64,000 bases of DNA. Source: Octopus vulgaris. Its lineage: Eukaryota. The notes below the pieces were generated by a model. It did not search any database. It was not told where the DNA came from and saw only the letters and a list, made by a program, of their open reading frames with translations. This document shows positions 53,195 through 64,000 of this stretch, one piece after another. The stretch spans positions 103,168,001-103,232,000 of the forward strand of contig OX597818.1 in NCBI GenBank assembly GCA_951406725.2, written 5' to 3'. The first letter of the stretch is position 1. The number at the start of each line of letters is the position of its first letter. The translations under genes were made by a program, and so were the position numbers.

Positions 53195-53585
53195 ATTCTT
53201 TATTCTTTTATTTGTTTCAGTCATTTGGCTGAGGCCATGCTGGAGCACCACTTTTAGTCGAGCAAATCGACCCCAGGACTTACTTTTTGTAAGCCTAATA
53301 CTTATTCTATCGGTCTCTCTTGCCAGAACCGCTAAGTTACGGGACGTAAACACACCAGGATCGGTTGTCAAGCGATGTTGGAAGGGGGGACAAACACAGA
53401 CACACATACATACACACGCCCCCCACATATATATATATATATACACGACGGTCTTCTTTCAGTTTCCGTCTACCAAATCCACTCACAAGGCGTTGGTCGG
53501 CCGAGGCTATAGAAGTAGACACTTGCCCAAGGTGCCACATAGTGGGACCGAGCCCGGAACCATGTGGTTGATAAGCAAGCTACTT
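53195..53585 (-). mobile_element. SINE group B, slightly 5'-truncated
   Basis: Match with internal microsatellite. Confidence 0.9.
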
Positions 53586-54350
53586 TATTTCAAAAATTTT
53601 GCGATAAAGGCATTATACAGAGTGGCTTGTGGGTTGGACAAAGATATTGATGAGGTGAATGATGATAAGGATGATATTAATGGAAGAAGACAAAAAACAC
53701 TCGCCGAACCTTTGCTTCTCTAAAACATTATTCACTTCTTTTTTTTACAGAAAAAAGACAAAACGAGGTAATGAACCTCTTACTTCAGTTTCACAATTTT
53801 GGGACTAATAATCCATTTAAAAATTGGGTCGTTAAGCCTCTTAAACACAATAACATGCAATAAACATAATAAACTTTATAACACTGAGGCTTTTCAACCT
53901 CTTGTCATTATTCCTCCCCGACATCGCTTGTGCCCGTATACTCCACCATCCCCTACGCTTCATTCAAGACCAAGGCGGGATCCGAGCCTGCCTCGCCCGG
54001 CCACAAGCGATTTTCCCCATTGAATCCATGCAGCCTACAAAATTACATCTTTATATTAAGAGTGAACAAGCCGTTCATATTTTTGTAAATTGCTATATAT
54101 TAAAGTTCAGCTCTCTCAATTCTAAGAATTTTAATATACTGTCTTTTATATAATATACTTAATATCTCATAGGTAGATTTTATAATGCGGACACCCTTTA
54201 GAACTTCGATGTTAATTTCTCAGAGCTTGCACAAATCGTTACAGCTTAGTGCCATTCCTACATGCCAACTCTTTTTGTGCATCTGATATATTGTTATGCT
54301 AAAATTATAAGGGGAAATCCTATTATGTGAGGGCTAATATAGCGGTTATT

Positions 54351-54765
54351 TATTTCTTTACTACCCACAAGGGGCTAAACATAGAGGGGACAAACAAGGA
54401 CAGACAGACGGATTAAGTCGATTATATCGAACCCAATGCGTAACTGGTGCTTTATTTATCGACCCCGAAAGGTTGAAAGGCAAAGTCGACCTCGGCGGAA
54501 TTTGAACTCAGAACGTAACGACAGACGAAATACCTATTTCTTTACTATCCACAAAGGGCCAAACACAGAAGGGACAAACAAGGACAGACAAACGGATTAA
54601 GTTGATTATATAGTCTACAGTGCGTAACTGGTACTTATTTAATCGACCCCGAAAGGATGAAGGGCAAAGTCGAACTCGGCGGATTTGAACTCAGAACGTA
54701 ACGACAGACGAAATACCGCTAAGCATTTCGTCCGGCGCGCTAACGTTTCTTCCAGCTCGCCGCTT
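54351..54765 (-). mobile_element. SINE group C dimer
   Basis: Two units; perfect 25-bp flanking direct repeat tgtgagggctaatatagcggttatt (54326-54350 / 54766-54790). Confidence 0.94.
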
Positions 54766-55704
54766 TGTGAGGGCTAATATAGCGGTTATTGATTGAAGAT
54801 GGAACACTGCTTTACTTAGATATTTTGAATCAGATGTTTTATGACAACATATTTGTAGACGGGCTTCTGCTCATAGGTAGAAAGCCTTTTCCTCACTACT
54901 GTCTTGTCTATTCGCCTTGCTCCTCTACAAATGCTTCTTCGATAATCAGTCATCGACAACATTCCTAAGTGATCATTTCCTAGTCATAAATATTGAAGCG
55001 ACCAATTAACACACATCAATTCTTGATTGTTTGCAGAGACCGTCTAAGAGATATGCTGCAATATTCAATGGATAATTGGTTGAAATCGTAAGCCACTACT
55101 TTTTGTTTTCCGCTTAGGTCCGTATCTCTATTGATGTTTCCGATCTGATAAATAGCTTCCGGGATTTTACATCAGTGGTCCACTATCATCGAATATTTAA
55201 TTCAATATTCTAAATGTTATTCCAAGCAATTACACAACATGTAAATTTGGAAACCACTGATATTATTAATTGCAGAAATCTATGTATTCCAAATTTTTGT
55301 AAATCCAGGTTTAATATTCCATGGTTACCTTTTCCTCATTATTCATACATCGAAGATTATATACACACAAACAACACAACAGATAAGAGTGAGTAAAGTT
55401 GTAGTAGCATTAAAGGGGTATTGATTTTTGAACAGTGAATATTTCCCCTAAATATTGAGAGTATAAATCAGTAACATTAAACTAAGAAACAAGAAGTAGA
55501 TTTCTGTAACCTAAGGAAACAAGGATTAGCTAGTGAACGAGCTAAAGACATTCTAACGGATCAAAATAAAGAAATGGAGGACCCTTGAATGTTTACGTGA
55601 AGTGGATAAAGAAATACTCGGATATATAATAAAACAACTAATCGTATTCCTGTGCAAAGCAGTTACCCAGCAAGCTACCTACACCGAAAAGAAATATGAT
55701 ATAA

Positions 55705-56575
55705 ACACCTATTTGGCATCTTCTCGCTGCTGCTGTCACATGCATTTGAGACATCAGATGTTGGAGTGTTTCTGCACAGTAGAAGTGATGGGAAACTGTT
55801 CAATCTCTCGAGTCTGCGTGCCAAGACCTAAATCGGAAGCGTCCTGATGAAGGAGATGGTATTTGCTGATGTTGCTGCTCTGGTATCATACACAGAAGAA
55901 GCCCTACAAAGGCTCATCAACTGCTTTGAGCAAGCATGTGGCAACTTTGGCTTAGTTATCAGCCTCAAGAAGACCAACATCATGGGTCAGGCTACATCGG
56001 ACATCCCAAACATACATATTGGAGAACACAGACTACAAGAGGTGGAGAAGTTTACCTATCTTTGCTCTACCGTCACCTACAACCTATCCCTTGATGCTAA
56101 GCTCAATATACACATTGGCAAGGCAGCTGCTGTGATGGCCCACTTCTCCAAACGGGCATGGGACAACAATAAACCGACCAAGACCACAGAAATGAAGATT
56201 TACCAGGCATGTGTACTTAGCACTCTACTGTATGGAAGTGAGACTTGGACGCCATACACACGCCATACACACGCCAAGAGCGTCGCCTAAATATCTTTCA
56301 CCTGCGCTGCCTCCGGAAAATACTTCGAATCAAATGGCAGAATCATGTTCCCAACAAATATGTCCTCAAGCAAGCAAGCAGGAATACCAATACTCCTCAC
56401 ACAAAGACGTATGAGATGGCTTGGACTTGTTAGCCGTATGGAATATGGCAGAATCCCCAAGGACATACTCAACAGAGAGCTTGCTAGGGGCACTAGGTCT
56501 GTGGGAAGACCGTTCTTACGATACAAGGATGTTTGCAAAAGGGACATGAATGCCTGCAACATCAATATTACCAAC
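55705..56575 (+). mobile_element. RTE-clade LINE reverse transcriptase fragment
   Basis: LFGIF..RSDGKLFNLSSLRAKT..VFADVAAL..LQRL..FGLVISLKKT..FTYLCS..IYQACVLSTLLYGSETWT..FHLRCLRKIL..RRMRWLG..RIPKDIL..GRP.LRYKDVCKRD; frameshifted. Confidence 0.92.
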
Positions 56576-56579
56576 CGTA

Positions 56580-58072
<1,493 letters not shown>

Positions 58073-59704
58073 TGCGGGCTGAAACAAAAGGTATACGGTA
58101 AGTATAACATCAAAGTTATGATACTTAATTTATGAAAATCATTACGACATTAAATTTGCCATTTTCAGTGTCATTAATCATAATAATACATTTATCATAA
58201 CTATAATACTTTTAATTAAAAAAAAATAAATGCGTATTGTACATGTTTTTTATAACTGTATACCTACTCTTGCATGACCCTATATACATGCATCTATACT
58301 CACACACACACATATGTATCTTTATACATGTATGTATATACATTATATATATAGGTGGGTGTGTGTGTGTGTTTGTGTACGTGCCTGTGCGTCTGTATGT
58401 GTCATATTTCTTCTATCTTCATGATGTTGCTCCAGCATGATAACTTCCCAGTGACCAACGTTATTAAACGATTAAACGACTAGTGAACTAATATTGCTTA
58501 TTATTCGATACATGTATATATCTTATGTACATAGTTATTCCGTTATTTCGAGATCTCTACATCAACGCATTAGAAATGTAACCTTACAGCAGGAAATAAG
58601 ACTGTTTATAATAGAATCTTAGAATTTAAAATAATTATATAGAAAATTTTAAAATAAAGTCTTAGGATAAATAATGAGTTTAATCGCCGTGAAAACATTT
58701 AGAAAAAAAAAAAAGAAAAACCGAAGGAGAAATCTAAAGTAAAAACTAATGAAATATTGAATGAAAAATACATGAAATTACGTCTGATATATTTGCAAAC
58801 TGTCACCAGTTAGTAGAAGCGTAAATTCTGTATAATTGTGATAGCATGAAGTTAGAAGGTGTTGCTATACTGATGAAACAGACAGCATTAGGCAAGGCGG
58901 AAAGCGGACATGGAGACAGGGGGAAGAATTGGAAATTTATTGGAGTAGAATAGTCTCCGCTGATACTTTATAATTTATGTCTCATGGTTGAGAAACGATG
59001 CAAACCATAACATTGTTTTATAAAACTTCAAGTAAAAATAGAAAAACAAATGCCGGAAAAGGAACAATACAAAAAATTATATTGAAGCGAAAAATAATTT
59101 AGAAAATGAGACAAAAGTAATGTTTAAACAAATGTTATAGAGTGCTGCGAAAAAATATTGGATGGTTTATAAAGTGTAATTTTATTAATAATTAATGTTG
59201 AAAACGAAGGCGTCAGAATGACAGAAACGGTAGACTATCAGTCTAAATACAACAGAAATGCGCGCAGAAAAAGTATGTGTGGTGAAAACGATTATTTTTC
59301 AGCTAGAAAGTGTTAGGTTCGATTCCACATCAGATTAGTTTCTGTAAGTGTTTTAAAACAAAAATGGGCACTCTTACTCAAATGTTTTTCAATAGTTAAA
59401 TGAATAATACGGAAGGCCATCAAACGCTCCCTATTTGAGAGAAAGAGATTTGGTGTTCGGTTCAAAACCACCAGCCTTTATTTTACTTTTACAGAATTGA
59501 ATCCATAACAATCTGTTCGATGTTTTCGGTTTGCAGACAACTTACCCTCGGAGATCAGCAAATTGTAGATACGGGATTAGGGAATCTCTTTCTATAACAT
59601 AACAATCAATGGCATTGACTTTACTGGAACCGTTTTATTACATTGTTTTTTTGATAAAAGAGAAGTAACTACCATAGAAAAACCAGCTGTATTGGAACAA
59701 CACA

Positions 59705-59810
59705 AAATTGTTGGCTCAAAAACACAACTCGCCGCCAGCTAGAGATTCGAAATCGCGATCTTATACTCGCGAATGCAACACTCTAAAGACTAGGCTGTGT
59801 GCCTTCACAC
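59705..59810 (-). mobile_element. tRNA-derived SINE head fragment
   Basis: Reverse complement gtgaaggcacacagcctagt..gatttcgaatctc..gagttgtgtttttgagc. Confidence 0.65.
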
Positions 59811-59837
59811 ACACACACACGCATATGTATATACATA

Positions 59838-60438
59838 CCTATTTCTTTACTACCTACAAGGGATAAACACAGAGAGGACAAACAAGGACAGACAACGGAT
59901 TGAGTCGATTATATCGACCCCAGTGCGTAACTGCTACTTATTTAATCGACACCGAAAGGATGAAAGGCAAAGTCAACCTTGGCGGAATTTGAACTCAGAA
60001 CGTAGCAGCAGACGAAATACCTGTTTCTTTATAACCCACAAGGGGCTAAACATAGCGGGGACAAACAAGGCCAGACAACGGATTAAGTCGATTATATCGA
60101 CCCCAGTGCATAACTGGTACTTATTTAATCAACCCCGAAAGGATGAAAGACAAAGTCGACCTTGGTGGAATTTGAACTCAGAACGTAGCGGCAGAGGAAA
60201 TACCTGTTTCTTTATTACCCACAGGGGGCTAAACATACAGAGGACAAACAAGGACAGACAAACGGATTAAGGCGATTACTTCGACCCCAGTGTGTAACTG
60301 GTACTTAATTTATCGAGCCCCAAAGGATGAAAGGTAAAGTCGACCTCGGCGGAATTTGAACTCACAAAGTAGCGACAGACGAAATACTGCTAAGCATTTC
60401 GCCCGGCGTGCTAACGTTTCTCCCAGCTCACCGTGCCT
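59838..60438 (-). mobile_element. SINE group C trimer
   Basis: Three ~184-bp units, head on one only. Confidence 0.92.
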
Positions 60439-60442
60439 TATC

Positions 60443-60576
<134 letters not shown>

Positions 60577-60593
60577 CATATATATATATATAT

Positions 60594-60646
60594 GGCGGTG
60601 CCCCTGCATGGCCACAGCTCGTGAGCTGAAACTAGAATCAATCAAT

Positions 60647-60650
<4 letters not shown>
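60594..60650 (+). mobile_element. Isolated retroelement 3' tail in (TA)n
   Basis: ggcggtgcccctgcatggccacagctcgtgagctgaaactag(aatc)n resembles the SINE B tail ggcggtgctccagcatggccgcagtc..gactgaaacaag. Confidence 0.65.
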
Positions 60651-60705
<55 letters not shown>

Positions 60706-61205
60706 TATATACATACACACACACACACGCAATATAAGACATGAAATTTTTCATCTCTGTAATATATTGGTGATAGCCAATTTTATATCATTCTGCGTCA
60801 TTTGTTAAATATACGTAAAGTGTAATCGGTTCGTCATGTATTCCCCACAGGAAGAGTTATAATATTTTTTTCGTGCGTGAAGCATAGAACTAGAGATGGT
60901 TTCTTGCCAAAGAACCACACACACTTCTATGTATAATAATTTAGCTCTGCAAACTAGGAAACGTACACGTGATATTTAAACTGAGCTCATTAAATTTAAT
61001 CTCGATGACAGTTCAATATATTGGACATAGGCATAACCAGCTGAACTCCAAGATAGTATATTGACAAATGTATCAATAGATATCTATATACACAATTTAT
61101 GTTACGCCGAGAGATATTGAAAAATTATGTTTCCGGACTGCGCTTTACGGATGTAGATATACTGAAATATATATCTACATATATATGTGAGTTTGTGTGT
61201 GTGTG

Positions 61206-61241
<36 letters not shown>

Positions 61242-61420
61242 CGTGAGAGAGAGAGAGAGAGAGAAAGAAGCAGAGAGAGAATGTGTGAGTGTGCATGAAT
61301 ATGCGTACGTACATATGTATGTCTGCATGTGCATACATACTAGACATATATATTTGAATATGTGATGTGTACGTAAATTTATACGTATGCATATATATGC
61401 ATATATGTACACACACACAC

Positions 61421-61471
<51 letters not shown>

Positions 61472-61542
61472 TATGCATACATATAAATATTTAGACATAT
61501 GCATTTATATATATACATGCATGCAAATAGATATTTAGACGC

Positions 61543-61593
<51 letters not shown>

Positions 61594-62764
61594 TACATGT
61601 ATGTGCGCATGGGAGTGTTTTTGTGTAATAAATTTGATCGTATGATATAGTGAGATTGCTAATATAATGTAGAAATGTGCTTCATTATTAAAGGTTAAAC
61701 GTTATCTCTTAAAACAAGACATCTGTTAAAAACGAAATATGAAAAACAGAAGCCAAGATAGAAAATGATGCCAAAAGAGTAATATATGAGGAAGTTTTCT
61801 ATTTTGAATTATGTCATATGGGATACGGGAGGCACATAAAGATGAAATTAAGTAGAAATAAAAATCAATGTTTAAAATGTTTTAGCGATTGAGACAAAGA
61901 ATAGACATATGTATAAACACAAAATAGCTTGTTGAGCTGACTTCTTTACATATACACATTGTGTTTACATATACAGAAATATATACATGATTACATATAC
62001 ACATATATATATTTCAATACATATATACCTATATATATACCTATATATATATATATATATGTATAAACATATATGTATGTGTATAAATATATGTATATAT
62101 ATTTATGTATATACATATACATAAACGTACATTTATACATGTATATACATGTGGATATATATACATAGACATATACATATATATATATATATATATACAC
62201 ATATATACACACACACAAACATATACATATATCTGTATGTATGTACATCGGTGTTACTGTGATTATATCAACAAACACGCACGTAATATTCCAACCATTA
62301 CGAAAGGTGTACACGACGCACACATATTCGCTAACAGACATTGATATATTATTAACGCACATACATCAAAATATACTATACAGCTTTACTGACATATCGC
62401 CATGATAACAATACAGTATCGTAAATGAATAGAAAATCGTCACATACACCTCTCATCAGATACATATGAACGACTGTGAATTACATGTCTGTGTCATAGC
62501 ATACATACATCTTTGCAAAGACACAGAAACTCTAATAACGCCATTTTGTGTGTGCGAAAATATTATATATGTATATATGTACAGTGTACAGTTAAACACA
62601 TAAGAGGTATCCGTCATAGGATTACTTTTACGCTAGAAGGAACAGCTAAATTCCAAACCACTTTAGCTGTTCTTTCCATCGTGAAAGGAATCCTATGACG
62701 GATATCTCTTATGTGTTTAAATGTACACTGCATTTATATGAATAATATATATGTATATATATTT

Positions 62765-62808
<44 letters not shown>

Positions 62809-63106
62809 CACACATAAACGCATAAATATATATATATATATATTAATGTTATTTCTTTGGACCAATGATTTTTGAATATTGCATGTACGAATACCAATGC
62901 CTAATGCCTTTGTAATTATGTAAGGTTACAATGTTTGCATTTCCTTGTATATACAATTGCTGAAAGAATACACGATGGTCTCTATACTTTCAGTATGCTA
63001 GGTACGCACAGGAGACACGGCTATGGAATAAAAAGCATACAACAAAATCTAGTCATTTGCATTTGTTGATTTTTCTTGTTTCCTTTCGTGTTTTTTTTGT
63101 GGAGGG

Positions 63107-63107
<1 letters not shown>

Positions 63108-63143
<36 letters not shown>

Positions 63144-63163
63144 TATAGATAGATAGATATACC

Positions 63164-63243
<80 letters not shown>
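63108..63243. repeat. (AAT)n plus (GATA)n microsatellites
   Basis: Direct reading. Confidence 0.95.
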
Positions 63244-63244
63244 T

Positions 63245-63436
63245 GTTTCGTTATTAGCCACACAGGGCTGCACACAGACAGGACAGATTAGAAAGTAGAG
63301 CTTTTCTTTTTGGGGAGAAAAAAAACACAAAAACAAAAAAAAGTGGTGTAGGTTTTCTATCAAAATGGATCGTAAAAGGGAAAGAAGAAATAAGGGGGTG
63401 GGGAAAGAAAAGGAAAAAAACGATCAATAGGGATCT
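63245..63436 (-). mobile_element. Probable LINE 3' UTR fragment
   Basis: Minus strand is T-rich, ends tgtgtgcagccctgtgtggctaataacgaaac (similar to the SINE C tail) and runs into (TCTA)n. Confidence 0.4.
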
Positions 63437-63967
63437 TGGGGCTCCTGCAATGAAAGCAACGTGAAATGCCTAGAAGGTATGGTCAGTTACTTTTTCTAAT
63501 TATTCTCAGAATAAATCATCAGAATAAATCTTGAACAATTTCCAAATTTTTTTTAAATTATTTAAAATTCTGTCGAGGCATTTTCAATTCTTGACTTCAA
63601 ATAAATATTTTTGTCTCTTCAGTTAATTCTTCGAACATTCAGTAACACCTTCTTCCAACTGCTCTCGATCATTCTGCTACAGAAATTTTCCAAAGAATGA
63701 TTAATATAAATTAATATCACGTTACTTCCCTGCTGCGTTACTGTTCCTTTCAATTCTCTCAACTCTTCCACAATAATCAAATAATCACTGGTTTCTTGTT
63801 TGCAAATTCGCTTCACACCAAGCCAACAAATGCCAGTCTGTTGGTTTGTCGGAAAATTTCTTTTTTCTGTTTCCTAATGTATCGTCATGTACCTGAAAAG
63901 AAGTAACATTTATATATATATGTTATTTCCTTCTTACGAGCTCTGCGACAATATATAATTCACACAA

Positions 63968-64000
63968 GGCGGCGAACTGGCAGAATCGTTAGCACGCCGG
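63968..64000 (+). mobile_element. SINE group C head, cut by the window edge
   Basis: ggcggcgaactggcagaatcgttagcacgccgg. Confidence 0.85.

Noticed and set aside
58780-58960. APE-endonuclease remnant (GVAILMK..FIGV)
   Set aside because: A single short motif, too weak to call.
63619-63905. Minus-strand acceptor followed by an exon-like ORF
   Set aside because: All frames from the acceptor close early and no homology is recognisable; a UTR exon cannot be excluded.

Overview
AT-rich eukaryotic DNA saturated with microsatellites and transposon debris. The SINE families resemble those I recall from Octopus; that assignment is an inference. I see no intact host protein-coding gene, and most ORF-track entries are microsatellite artefacts. 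Recognisable content: three tRNA-derived SINE groups (over 30 copies, one forming TSD-flanked multimers), an internally deleted Helitron plus a second Helitron 3' end, several mariner remnants, two R4/Dong-like LINE remnants, an RTE LINE fragment, Penelope-like terminal fragments with degenerate minimal hammerhead ribozymes, hairpin elements sitting in (TA)n tracts, a triplicated local segment and a 100-N gap. The most interesting candidate is a heavily decayed, co-oriented ATPase / penton-like / major-capsid-like cluster at about 18.9-23.9 kb. It may be an endogenous Polinton/Maverick-like virus; this rests on motif recall and needs an HMM search.
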